From the sequence record MH560358: a stretch of 64,000 nucleotides of DNA; one strand, 5' to 3'. A program made the position numbers and the translations under genes. The notes under the pieces are model-generated. The model saw only the letters and a list, made by a program, of their open reading frames with translations. It did no database searches and had not been told where the DNA came from. Below, in pieces: positions 8,954 to 17,536 of the stretch (position 1 is the stretch's first letter; the number at the start of each line of letters is the position of its first letter). This DNA comes from Escherichia virus KFS-EC.

Positions 8954-10195
8954 ATGACTCATATTTTTACTGAACTGTTGCGGGAATCTACTTCCTCAGT
9001 AGCTAACCAGACAGCGCGACCGCAACTATTATCATTAACTCGCGCGGTAAACAACCTGATTTTCTCTGATCTGGTAGCAATCCAACCAACGGATCAACCA
9101 GTATCTGCATTGTACGGCCTACGTTATCTTAATCGTGATGGTCAGATGACTTTCCGAACTGCTGCAACCTACGGTGGCGCGGCTGGTGATCGCACAGAGA
9201 TTGAAGAGTTTTCAAAAGAAAAATCTTATGACGAAGGCGCACTGTTCAAATCAGGCGATGTTGTATACGAAGTTGTGACCGCTGGTACAGTCGGTGAAGA
9301 TGCCGAAACTCCAGAATCTGCGATCTTTAAAGGCGTAATGACAAACAAAATTCGTTTCTATAGCGATTGTGCATCGGTAGAATACTTTGAAGATAAAAAC
9401 ACCGAAATTGTGTCTACCTCTATGCAGTTTGACAAGTGGCAAGTTAATGTAGGTTCTCGTAAACTGAAAACCTCGTTCACCACTGAATTAATGCAGGATC
9501 TTGAGGCAAGCCAAATCAACTCTGAAAACTCTGTAATTGATCTTCTGGCTACTGTTGCTTCCGAAGAGATCAACAAAGATATTATTCAGAAGTTGATCAC
9601 TGTATCATCTCGCTATAAAATTAAAGGGATCACCCCTGATGGCGTACTTTCTCTCGTTAGCGTTCAGGATGCACCATCACAAGCGCGTGAACTTTACCGC
9701 TATGCTTGCGAGATGAGCAATCAAATGTTGCGGACTTCCTCCTTTGCTGGTACATACGTTTTGGCGTCTTCTCGCGTGGTTGGCCTCCTGCAATCATCCG
9801 GTTGGATGGAAGAAACCGACAATGCTCTAAGCGAAGGTCGTCTACGTTGCGGTCTGGAAGTGTACGCAGACACGACAACACCTTTCGATTATATGCTCGT
9901 TGGTTGTAAGCACATGATCGGTGATATGGAGAGTGTAGGTTCTCTGTTCTACTCCCCATATACAGAAGCCGACGGCGCTGGCGCGTATAAGAGCGTAATT
10001 GACCCTAATAGCTTCCAGCATCATGTAGCTATTATGAATCGTTATTCACTCTCTGTCAACCCATACACATCAAAAGTTGATCAGGAAGAACACCAGGTCA
10101 TCAAGGGTGACGATTGGGGTAAAATGGCTGGACGTTCAGAAATGTCCTACATTTTAGGAATCGAACTGCCACCACTTGAGATTGACAACGCTTAA
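8954..10195 (+). CDS. 24: Capsid vertex protein gp24
   Basis: Similarity to T4 gp24 begins at the internal Met (MTHIFTELLREST); the track start at 8906 is probably TTG and overlaps the late promoter. Confidence 0.9.
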   Translation: MTHIFTELLRESTSSVANQTARPQLLSLTRAVNNLIFSDLVAIQPTDQPVSALYGLRYLNRDGQMTFRTAATYGGAAGDRTEIEEFSKEKSYDEGALFKSGDVVYEVVTAGTVGEDAETPESAIFKGVMTNKIRFYSDCASVEYFEDKNTEIVSTSMQFDKWQVNVGSRKLKTSFTTELMQDLEASQINSENSVIDLLATVASEEINKDIIQKLITVSSRYKIKGITPDGVLSLVSVQDAPSQARELYRYACEMSNQMLRTSSFAGTYVLASSRVVGLLQSSGWMEETDNALSEGRLRCGLEVYADTTTPFDYMLVGCKHMIGDMESVGSLFYSPYTEADGAGAYKSVIDPNSFQHHVAIMNRYSLSVNPYTSKVDQEEHQVIKGDDWGKMAGRSEMSYILGIELPPLEIDNA

Positions 10196-10783
10196 CTAAA
10201 TATCTAACCAAGACAAGTCAGATCCGCCCAAGATTTTTTCGACGGCGGATCTATTTTCTTGATGATATAAGTTAAAACATGGTATCCCATGTCTACGGGC
10301 AACATAAACAGCAATTCTAGTTCCTCCCGAAACGATTCCATTAACTTCTTTCGCCCAGAATATCACACAATCTACAGGATCATCAAGTGTCTCACCTAAG
10401 ACTTGAGCAACATTTCTAGAAAACAGATTTTGCATGTATAACGGTATAGAACGAGGATTATCATAAACGTGTTCTAATTCATCCATCGCCAGATTTTTTT
10501 GTTCTAAGGTTTGCCATGCAATCACATCATGACCGTTATGCTTGTGGTCATAAAACTTCCAATTTGGAATGAAAATTTTTCTATACTCTGGATCGTAATA
10601 CTTCATGAAAGCATTGTCCATACCGTAAGCCCCTCCAGAATGCGCTACAACGCGATTTTCTGACAATACCCTCCCAATGGTACTAGCCATTATCAAAATG
10701 TCGCTAGGCGCTTTTCTAGAGCCGATTAAAGCACATCTACGAAGTGGTTTTACTCCAAATAGATCTTGTAACTGGTCAAACAT
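10196..10783 (-). CDS. DprA/Smf-like Rossmann-fold protein
   Basis: 195 aa with GSR...HSGGAYGMDNAF resembling the DprA signature (GSR...SGxAxGxD); strong GGAGG ribosome binding site; occupies the position where T4 has rnlB. Confidence 0.5.
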   Translation of the reverse strand: MFDQLQDLFGVKPLRRCALIGSRKAPSDILIMASTIGRVLSENRVVAHSGGAYGMDNAFMKYYDPEYRKIFIPNWKFYDHKHNGHDVIAWQTLEQKNLAMDELEHVYDNPRSIPLYMQNLFSRNVAQVLGETLDDPVDCVIFWAKEVNGIVSGGTRIAVYVARRHGIPCFNLYHQENRSAVEKILGGSDLSWLDI

Positions 10784-10935
10784 AATATTTCCTCCATAGA
10801 AAGCAATATCATACTACAAGTTAATAACAAATACAAGTATCCGCGTAGCGGAAGCGAGCACAGCGAGCAATAAAACACTTCCAGTAATTGATTAATAAAT
10901 GTTCGAAACAAATTTTTATTATTCTATAAGATAAG

Positions 10936-10961
10936 TCTTCGTTTTGATCATAATTTAATCA
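10936..10961. repeat. 26-nt direct repeat copy 1 (TCTTCGTTTTGATCATAATTTAATCA)
   Basis: Identical copy found about 150 nt away in the same non-coding region. Confidence 0.7.
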
Positions 10962-11085
10962 TACATGTAAAAAACTACACAAAAGGATATCGCTTCGCGA
11001 ACTCCTACGGAGTATAACATTTGTGTTACAATATGTAGTGATTAATAATTAACCAAAGATACATTTTCTATGTTCTAAAGATCTT

Positions 11086-11111
11086 TCTTCGTTTTGATCA
11101 TAATTTAATCA
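11086..11111. repeat. 26-nt direct repeat copy 2
   Basis: Identical to copy 1; both are followed at similar distance by ACATGTAAA. Confidence 0.7.
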
Positions 11112-11162
11112 AACAGTATTAATATTGTGCACATGTAAACTAAAATTATGTTAATAACAGAT

Positions 11163-11188
11163 ACAAAAAGCCGCCCCTAAGGACGGCT
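11163..11188 (-). terminator. Rho-independent terminator downstream of the 11197..11634 gene
   Basis: Hairpin AGCCGtCC-ttag-GGGCGGCT with a U-tract on the minus strand. Confidence 0.55.
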
Positions 11189-11196
11189 AATGTTAA

Positions 11197-11634
11197 TTAT
11201 TTGTTGATAACGATCTGATTTCGGCGAATGGTAACATTACTCTTAGAGATGATCAGATCATCCGGCACTACGTTAGTTTTGTATGGCTGGAAGCGAACAA
11301 GCATCTGATTGCGTTTAGACCCTTCCTTAATCTTGATTTCCATCTGGATATTGTTGCCTACGTGAGCAACCGCAATTTCACCTTTATTCTCATAGACCCA
11401 CTTGCTGGTAACGTCTCCCGCAAAAGCCTTAATAACTTGCAATGCTTCGTCGTATGCGGTAGAGCTGTGAACTTTCAGAAGGCCAGCCGTAGCAAGACGG
11501 GAGCAGGTGATCGCCGGAGATTGCCAAACATCAACATTAATTTGCTCAATCAGCGTAACACCGCCCTGATCAACTGCTTTGAATGCTTCGAACATTGCCT
11601 TTTTCATTGCTACGTGGTTTTTACGGAATTTCAT
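11197..11634 (-). CDS. Hypothetical protein (145 aa)
   Basis: ORF with normal codon usage in a minus-strand gene series; no motif recognised. Confidence 0.55.
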   Translation of the reverse strand: MKFRKNHVAMKKAMFEAFKAVDQGGVTLIEQINVDVWQSPAITCSRLATAGLLKVHSSTAYDEALQVIKAFAGDVTSKWVYENKGEIAVAHVGNNIQMEIKIKEGSKRNQMLVRFQPYKTNVVPDDLIISKSNVTIRRNQIVINK

Positions 11635-11680
11635 AATTAGTCACCTCTATTGATTAGTTATTCAGAATATTAATTACAAA

Positions 11681-11956
11681 TCAGGACATTGCCCGTTTGA
11701 ATGCGTCCATTATAACAGTGTTATTTGGCATGTCAACACGTTTTTGAACTTTATTTTTAAATTTTTTGTTGATGTGGTGTTTACGATAAACAACCTTTTC
11801 ACGGTTGGCGTAAGCCTCTCGTGCATCTTTTACCATCAACCATGCCTTAGCCGCATCTTGTCCGCTGATCCCGCCAATCTTTTTAGCAATATCAACAAAA
11901 TTAAGACCGTGGTCTTCGCGTAGCATGTAAACCATTAACGCTGTTTTCTTGTCCAT
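11681..11956 (-). CDS. Hypothetical protein (91 aa; longer 127 aa alternative starts at 12064)
   Basis: Internal ATG at 11956 overlaps the stop of the upstream membrane-protein ORF in a TGATG arrangement typical of coupling. Confidence 0.45.
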   Translation of the reverse strand: MDKKTALMVYMLREDHGLNFVDIAKKIGGISGQDAAKAWLMVKDAREAYANREKVVYRKHHINKKFKNKVQKRVDMPNNTVIMDAFKRAMS

Positions 11957-12153
11957 CACTTCGCCCCATTGACGATTAACAGGATAGTGATCAGCACCGG
12001 AAACTGGATCATGACAGTACCAATAAACCGGATAAACGCATTTTCTGACTTCCACACATGACATGCGACTAGCTGATAGACCATTGTTGCAACCAAAGCC
12101 AGAAAATACATCTCGATTGGTGCTTCTTTGATCAATCGTACAATCTCATTCAT
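11956..12153 (-). CDS. Small hydrophobic membrane protein (65 aa)
   Basis: ATG start; strongly hydrophobic sequence predicted to span the membrane. Confidence 0.45.
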   Translation of the reverse strand: MNEIVRLIKEAPIEMYFLALVATMVYQLVACHVWKSENAFIRFIGTVMIQFPVLITILLIVNGAK

Positions 12154-12279
12154 ACTTCACCTCATACATTCATAAACACAACAACGAATAATACAGTAAC
12201 AGTTATTAAAGCCATTTTCAACCCCATATTCATAATATTTTCTTCGCCTCACTATGACAGTAGCATGTCGATGCGTGCC

Positions 12280-12307
12280 ATTATAGGCATCTAAATCGCT
12301 CTGTCAA
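12280..12307 (-). promoter_or_regulatory. Sigma70-like early promoter (TTGACA / TATAAT)
   Basis: Minus-strand TTGACA, 16-17 nt spacer, TATAAT between hoc and the 12153 gene. Confidence 0.45.
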
Positions 12308-12312
12308 GCACT

Positions 12313-12343
12313 AAAAACAAAAAAGCCACCCCGAAGGATGGCT
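12313..12343 (-). terminator. Rho-independent terminator downstream of hoc
   Basis: AGCCATCC-ttcg-GGGTGGCT hairpin followed by a U-tract on the minus strand. Confidence 0.7.
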
Positions 12344-12354
12344 GATAGATTTCA

Positions 12355-13581
12355 TTAAGCAGGATGCGTTTCACGAATGCGTAGAACTCGATCTGACGTC
12401 TCTCGGTCCAGTTTATGGAACTCTTTGGAATGATACATGAAACCATTGCGAGATTCCATGCAAGTGCAATCACTATATTTTTCTTCCGCTGCCGCGATTG
12501 TCTCCAGATCTTTGGCGTACTTGCTGGTAGAATAAACTTCTCGGTCACGCCACTCTAACCCAGCCTTATTGTATTTAACGATCTCGTCAAATACCCACCA
12601 TCCAATGTAGATAAATGAAGTTTTGCGCCACGGGATCGGGTGTACGTAACGAAACATTTTATGAAGAGATTCAACAACTTCCATTGAACATTTTCTGCTT
12701 GCACTTGATGCAACTTCTACTGTTTCCTCTTCGATCTGTTGATATAGTTTAGCAACACACCAGAATTTGGCTGTGTCATCGTAAGTAGCACGCTCTTTGA
12801 ATAGATGACCGTCTGGCATGATAGAAAATCCTTCCAGTGCTTCGCCGTCCTCACTACCGATCAGAGTCGGTGACGGTTGCCCTTCGCGCTGCAAATACCA
12901 GTTATGTTTGATCGTCAATTTAGGCATACCGCTAGAATCGCCTACAATGTCCTCTGACACAACATAATTAAGTAAGATCTCCTTACCTAGTGCCACGGTC
13001 TTTGATTCCACCACATCCTGATCTACGTTCATTGTTGCCAGCATGATTTTAGTCGATGCGCTATCGGCTGAATCTTCCGACTCACCCCACACTTTTACAG
13101 TATACACGCCGTTTTTATCTGCTGTAAATTCTTTGATTGTAATATTCTGTTTTGTGTCTATAACTTCTTCGCCCTTACTCCAACTATAATGTAGTTCATA
13201 GTTGTCTGCTGGAGTCTTCCCACCCGAAAATTTTACTGTTGCATGTAATTCTACGTCTTTTTGTGATGATACGTAGAAATGCGGCGGTTCGGTGATATTT
13301 ACGATTAATTCAGCTTCTTCCATGAGGAAAACGTCAGATTCTACTGATGTCGTCGTATCGGTATCTTGTACCGTTACTTTATAGCTACCCGCATTTTCAC
13401 TTGTTGCGTCTGCTACAGTTAGCGTAGCTGTGCTATTTTCATGCGGTTGGTCGTCTTTTGTCCATGTATATGTCAAATTGCTGGGTAATGGTTCGTCACC
13501 CGTTACAGTCGCCGTTAAGGTGAAACCATCGCCAGCAAGAAAACATCTTTTGTCAGATTTAATTGATACTGTGAAAGCCAT
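12355..13581 (-). CDS. hoc: Outer capsid decoration protein Hoc
   Basis: N-terminal Ig-like repeats; C-terminus YVHPIPWRKTSFIYIGWWVFDEI...ESRNGFMYH matches the T4 Hoc capsid-binding domain. Confidence 0.85.
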   Translation of the reverse strand: MAFTVSIKSDKRCFLAGDGFTLTATVTGDEPLPSNLTYTWTKDDQPHENSTATLTVADATSENAGSYKVTVQDTDTTTSVESDVFLMEEAELIVNITEPPHFYVSSQKDVELHATVKFSGGKTPADNYELHYSWSKGEEVIDTKQNITIKEFTADKNGVYTVKVWGESEDSADSASTKIMLATMNVDQDVVESKTVALGKEILLNYVVSEDIVGDSSGMPKLTIKHNWYLQREGQPSPTLIGSEDGEALEGFSIMPDGHLFKERATYDDTAKFWCVAKLYQQIEEETVEVASSASRKCSMEVVESLHKMFRYVHPIPWRKTSFIYIGWWVFDEIVKYNKAGLEWRDREVYSTSKYAKDLETIAAAEEKYSDCTCMESRNGFMYHSKEFHKLDRETSDRVLRIRETHPA

Positions 13582-13750
13582 ATAAAGCCACTCCCATAGA
13601 AAATCCGAATTTAATTAATTGAAATAGTTGATTGCCATCAACCAGATAACCATTGCGAGATTCCAATACATGAGTATTAGAATAGTGATGCAACGAGGCC
13701 GAAATAGTATCGATCTCGTCTGGGTATTTGTTCTGTTTGATGTAATACAT
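13559..13750 (-). CDS. Hypothetical 63 aa ORF with Hoc C-terminus-like ESRNGY motif (possible gene remnant)
   Basis: Contains YYIK...ESRNGYLV resembling the last part of the Hoc capsid-binding domain; overlaps the hoc start; no ribosome binding site; same frame as upstream gene but separated by two stops. Confidence 0.25.
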   Translation of the reverse strand: MYYIKQNKYPDEIDTISASLHHYSNTHVLESRNGYLVDGNQLFQLIKFGFSMGVALYGFHSIN

Positions 13751-13846
13751 TGATTTTGTTAGACATGTAGTATCCTCTTTTTAATTGCATAACGGAACTA
13801 CAATTAAAATTATAACAAATATTTCACAACTTTTATCACCCAAAAA

Positions 13847-14572
13847 TTACTTGAGTGTGTGGAATTGGCTATGTTTAGTCTCTCGCACCTTGACAGACCC
13901 ATCGCGTTTGATATAATAGATCAGTGACTTGAGGGTGTCGTGTACATACGCGTGCGGGAAACGCTCTGGATACTTCTTCCAATCTGGAGTATTAACGATC
14001 CAGTCGAAAATCCACCACGGGCAGGAGTAGTAACCACGACCGCCACCGATCAAGCAAATGGTCGGACGGAAGCCAGTAAGATCGCAAAATGAATCAGTGT
14101 CATGTGCTGGGGAACGATGCTCTGCTTCGTTAGAGAAAATGTTGGCTACCGGAGATTCCACTTTAACTTCCGGTGCTTCTTCAACATCTGACTTAACTTC
14201 TTCGACCACTGGTTCAACTGCTGGAGATTCTTCTTTTGTTTCTTCAATGGCGATCTCAGGTTCTTTCATTGCTTCAACCAGAGACGGATCAACTTCGTCG
14301 AATACCACTTTATCATCTGCGGTGTCTGCTGCCAGAATAAGATCGTTAATACTGGTTCCTTCTGCCGGAGTTTCTTCTTCCATTTCGGAAGCCAGTTTAG
14401 TTAATTCGGTTTCTACGAACTCGATCATGTTCTCTAGTGATAAAGTCTTTTTGACCTTAATATCAAATTGTTTTGCGTAGTCAGCTAATTCTGTTTTAGC
14501 TGTTTTCTGTGCTTCTTTGTCGTCGGACGCCGCAATAGCGCGGAGTTCTTCGAAATATTCTTTATCAAACAT
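13847..14572 (-). CDS. Hoc C-terminal-domain-like protein with acidic low-complexity N-terminal half (inh position)
   Basis: C-terminal CPWWIFDWIVNTPDWKK...YYIK resembles the Hoc capsid-binding region; N-terminal half is Glu/Pro/Val-rich; occupies the T4 inh position. Confidence 0.5.
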   Translation of the reverse strand: MFDKEYFEELRAIAASDDKEAQKTAKTELADYAKQFDIKVKKTLSLENMIEFVETELTKLASEMEEETPAEGTSINDLILAADTADDKVVFDEVDPSLVEAMKEPEIAIEETKEESPAVEPVVEEVKSDVEEAPEVKVESPVANIFSNEAEHRSPAHDTDSFCDLTGFRPTICLIGGGRGYYSCPWWIFDWIVNTPDWKKYPERFPHAYVHDTLKSLIYYIKRDGSVKVRETKHSQFHTLK

Positions 14573-14598
14573 GTTATTCTCCTGATTGGGGGTGTTTG

Positions 14599-14606
14599 TA
14601 TAAATA
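14599..14606 (+). promoter_or_regulatory. T4-type late promoter (TATAAATA) upstream of uvsW
   Basis: Exact TATAAATA about 35 nt upstream of the uvsW ATG. Confidence 0.5.
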
Positions 14607-14642
14607 TTTGTATACTGTATTTATTGAGTGAGGCTATTCGCT

Positions 14643-16145
14643 ATGCAAGATATTAAAATTCACTTTCTGAACTACTCCCATGTTCAAATTGAATGTAGCG
14701 ATTCAATTTTATTAGAAATGCGAGATTATTTTAGTTTTGAAGTCGAGGGAGCGCGGTTTCAAAAAAGATTTAAGTATGGTGGATGGGATGGGCGTATTCG
14801 TCTTTTAGATTACAACGGAAAGCTGCCAATCGGCCTAACTAAAACCGTGGGAATCTTCGCTAAAAATATGGGCTATAGCGTATGGGTAGATCCTCGCTTA
14901 TTCGAAAAAGAACAAGTTACAGAAGAAGAAATTACAAAATGGTGTAATGACTTAGAATTATATTCCGGTGCTAACAGGATCACCCCGCATTGGTATCAAT
15001 CAAAGGCTGTCTTTGAAGGTATCCATCATAAACGCCGTATGTTAGTTTTGCCTACGTCCGCTGGTAAATCTGCGATTGCTTGTATGTTGTCTCGCTGGTA
15101 CTTAGAGAACTACGAAGGGAAAGTGCTGATCATCGTTCCTACCACGTCGCTAGTGCTGCAAATGCGTGATGATTTTGTTGATTATCGCCAGTTTCCGTAT
15201 GAAGCAATTCATACTATCATGAGCGGTACTAGTAAACACGTAGGTGATCGCCTGATCGTTGTTAGTACGTGGCAATCAGCATGTAAACAGCCTCGTGAGT
15301 GGTTCCAACAATTTGGGATGGTAATTGTTGATGAATGTCACAAAGCCACTGCTAAAAACCTGCTAAACATCGTTACTGATATGGCTCATTGCCAATTTAA
15401 GATCGGCATGACTGGTTCCCCTCGTGACGGGAAAGCTAACATGATGCAGTATGTCGGGCTTTTCGGTGATATTTCCAAGATCGTGAGTATTGACCGCCTG
15501 ATGGAAGAAGGGCAGGTGACAAAACTGAAAATTAACTGTCTTTTCCTTCGTTATACCGATGAGGAATGTAGCGCGGTTAAGGGGCGAGAATATGCGGAAG
15601 AGATCAAGTATATTACGTCTAACCCACGACGAAATAAGTTTGCTTGTAATTTGGCGCTAAAACTCGCTAAGAAGGGCGAAAACGTATTCCTTATGTTCCG
15701 CAATACTAAGCACGGAAAACTTATGTATGACGCGTTACAGAAGGTACACGACAAGGTTTATTATATTGACGGTGGAGTTAAGACAGAAGAACGTGATGAA
15801 TTTAAGAAAATGGCGGAGGGTGACACCGGGATCATTTGTGTTGCGTCTTATGGTGTATTCTCTACTGGTGTTTCAATTAAGAATTTGCATCATGTTATTT
15901 TCGGTCATCCAGTGAAGGAATCAACTATCGTTCGTCAGAGTATCGGTCGTGCATTGCGTAAACATGGTTCGAAAGACATTGCAACGGTCTGGGATCTTAT
16001 AGATCATCTGGCGGTGAAGACAAAGAGCAAGAATGCTAAGAAACAGTTTAGCCACCTTAATTATGCTCTTAAACATGCGCTTGAAAGAATAAAAATTTAT
16101 AACACCGATCGATTCGAATATGTCACGAAAACAATCGAGATTTAA
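14643..16145 (+). CDS. uvsW: UvsW DNA/RNA helicase
   Basis: Start moved to MQDIKIHF to match T4 UvsW (MDIKVHFHDF); GTGAGG ribosome binding site; helicase motifs (LPTSAGKS, DECH). Confidence 0.9.
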   Translation: MQDIKIHFLNYSHVQIECSDSILLEMRDYFSFEVEGARFQKRFKYGGWDGRIRLLDYNGKLPIGLTKTVGIFAKNMGYSVWVDPRLFEKEQVTEEEITKWCNDLELYSGANRITPHWYQSKAVFEGIHHKRRMLVLPTSAGKSAIACMLSRWYLENYEGKVLIIVPTTSLVLQMRDDFVDYRQFPYEAIHTIMSGTSKHVGDRLIVVSTWQSACKQPREWFQQFGMVIVDECHKATAKNLLNIVTDMAHCQFKIGMTGSPRDGKANMMQYVGLFGDISKIVSIDRLMEEGQVTKLKINCLFLRYTDEECSAVKGREYAEEIKYITSNPRRNKFACNLALKLAKKGENVFLMFRNTKHGKLMYDALQKVHDKVYYIDGGVKTEERDEFKKMAEGDTGIICVASYGVFSTGVSIKNLHHVIFGHPVKESTIVRQSIGRALRKHGSKDIATVWDLIDHLAVKTKSKNAKKQFSHLNYALKHALERIKIYNTDRFEYVTKTIEI

Positions 16146-16150
16146 TAAAT

Positions 16151-16174
16151 AGGGGCTTTAATGCCCCTTTATTC
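16151..16174 (+). terminator. Rho-independent terminator after uvsW
   Basis: AGGGGC-tttaat-GCCCCT hairpin followed by TTATT. Confidence 0.6.
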
Positions 16175-16188
16175 TACGGAGATTAAAA

Positions 16189-16425
16189 ATGATTAGCTTT
16201 AAACGTTTTTTGGTTGAGGCCGCTATTGACGGTTTCATGCGTAAGATTTATTCTTGTAATACTATCGAGGGATTAAATGAACTTGAGGCATATTATGAGA
16301 AGCGCAAGAAAGAAACAGAATTGAAACCTGCTGATGATATTTCGATCCGTGATGCCATCGCCGGACGCCGTAAGCAATTGGAAGCGGACAACGAGCCAGA
16401 AGAGGAGCCGGAAGAAGATTTTTAA
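16189..16425 (+). CDS. uvsW.1: UvsW.1 small protein
   Basis: 78 aa ORF directly downstream of uvsW, as T4 uvsW.1. Confidence 0.75.
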   Translation: MISFKRFLVEAAIDGFMRKIYSCNTIEGLNELEAYYEKRKKETELKPADDISIRDAIAGRRKQLEADNEPEEEPEEDF

Positions 16426-16430
16426 GATAT

Positions 16431-16455
16431 AAAAAAGCCCCATCAATGATGGGGC
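16431..16455 (-). terminator. Rho-independent terminator for minus-strand uvsY transcription
   Basis: GCCCCATCA-a-TGATGGGGC hairpin with U-tract on the minus strand, in the convergent gap. Confidence 0.6.
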
Positions 16456-16488
16456 AAAATAAACCAATTAAAATCGGTTATCAACAAA

Positions 16489-16665
16489 TTACATTAACAG
16501 CATTGTTTGCTCTACGAGTTGTTCTTGTTCTTCGCCGTTCGCATCTTCACTAATCGAACGTTCTGTTACTAGCTGTAAGCAGTAGCCAGTGTGAACAACG
16601 CCGTTTTCTGTCTGGACGGCTAACGCATCCTCGACAGGTTGTTTACAACAAATACAGATTTTCAT
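16489..16665 (-). CDS. Small CxxC protein (58 aa), uvsY.-2-like by position
   Basis: ATG-initiated ORF MKICICCKQP...; ribosome binding site GCAGGAGGAAT; lies directly downstream of uvsY; not in the ORF track because under 60 aa. Confidence 0.45.
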   Translation of the reverse strand: MKICICCKQPVEDALAVQTENGVVHTGYCLQLVTERSISEDANGEEQEQLVEQTMLLM

Positions 16666-16686
16666 AAAAATTCCTCCTGCATGTAT

Positions 16687-17094
16687 TTAGCGTCCAGATT
16701 CCAGCATACGCAATTCTATAGCATTCTTGATCGCAAATCCACGAGATTTAACGATATCAAGTGCGCGACCAGCAAAATCCATTACCATCTGGTAATATGC
16801 AATTTTCGTATCAAGCGGTAAGATCTCGTCGTCTGCTGCCATGACAACTTTCAATTCTGATTTCTCATATTCAGCGCGACACCAGTCATCACTACGGTTA
16901 GTGTAAAAGTCAAGACGATTTTTCATAGCCTTTTTCTTTTTAGCCTCAAGAGCAATCGTCTCTCTTTTCGCCTCGCTGTAAATCCTTAACCACTTTGAGT
17001 ATACTACCGGATTATTCAGCGCCTCCCATTGCAACTTAGTCGCATCGATCTTCATGTCAGCTTCTAATTGTTCTTTCAAATCGTTTAGGTCCAT
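16687..17094 (-). CDS. uvsY: Recombination mediator UvsY
   Basis: 135 aa; alignable with T4 UvsY (KSRGFAIKNAIELRMLESG versus KSRGFAIKHIQDMRAFEAG). Confidence 0.9.
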   Translation of the reverse strand: MDLNDLKEQLEADMKIDATKLQWEALNNPVVYSKWLRIYSEAKRETIALEAKKKKAMKNRLDFYTNRSDDWCRAEYEKSELKVVMAADDEILPLDTKIAYYQMVMDFAGRALDIVKSRGFAIKNAIELRMLESGR

Positions 17095-17141
17095 AATATC
17101 CCCTTATTCACACTAAGACCTATATCATATCACACACAAAA

Positions 17142-17528
17142 TCACTTTGCAAGTCTTATGCGTAGTTGTTCAAGATCATCTGGGTTATCTATTACTGAAA
17201 AGTAGATTGATACTATGATCGAGTTGTCATCATACTGCGGAGTTACTTCTACTGTCAGGTTTCGGACCCGTGGTTCATAGTTTCGGATCGCCTCATTGAT
17301 GTTTTTTGATAAGGTATCCACTGTCAGTGGGTTCATGTTCTCAAACAGTGATTTATTGAGATCGCATCCAAACAGTGGATCAAATGGACGAGATCCCTTG
17401 CGAGTAGTCACGATCAGTAGAATAGAATCCTTAACCGCTTTAATCCCTATGTTCTTTTTAACGTCGTTATTCCACGATCTGGATATATTGAGATCCAAAT
17501 CAGTATACATCTGATTAATAGTTGCCAT
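17142..17528 (-). CDS. 25: Baseplate wedge subunit gp25
   Basis: Start moved to MATINQMY to match T4 gp25; TTRKGSRPFDP and SVIDNPDD motifs conserved. Confidence 0.9.
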   Translation of the reverse strand: MATINQMYTDLDLNISRSWNNDVKKNIGIKAVKDSILLIVTTRKGSRPFDPLFGCDLNKSLFENMNPLTVDTLSKNINEAIRNYEPRVRNLTVEVTPQYDDNSIIVSIYFSVIDNPDDLEQLRIRLAK

Positions 17529-17536
17529 GTTATACC

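Noticed and set aside
10784-11196. tRNA or other structured RNA gene in the long non-coding region
   Set aside because: No cloverleaf-compatible segment with the expected acceptor stem and anticodon arm spacing could be traced by eye; only direct repeats were found.
11681-12064. 127 aa ORF as a single gene
   Set aside because: Its 5' third overlaps, in another frame, a 65 aa hydrophobic ORF (11956..12153) whose stop overlaps an internal ATG of the 127 aa ORF; the two-gene coupled interpretation is preferred, but this remains ambiguous.
13559-13750. Reading the 63 aa ORF as the C-terminus of the upstream Hoc-related gene interrupted by a single nonsense mutation
   Set aside because: Although the two ORFs are in the same frame, two in-frame stop codons separate them, so a single-point pseudogene model does not fit; kept as a low-confidence ORF or remnant.
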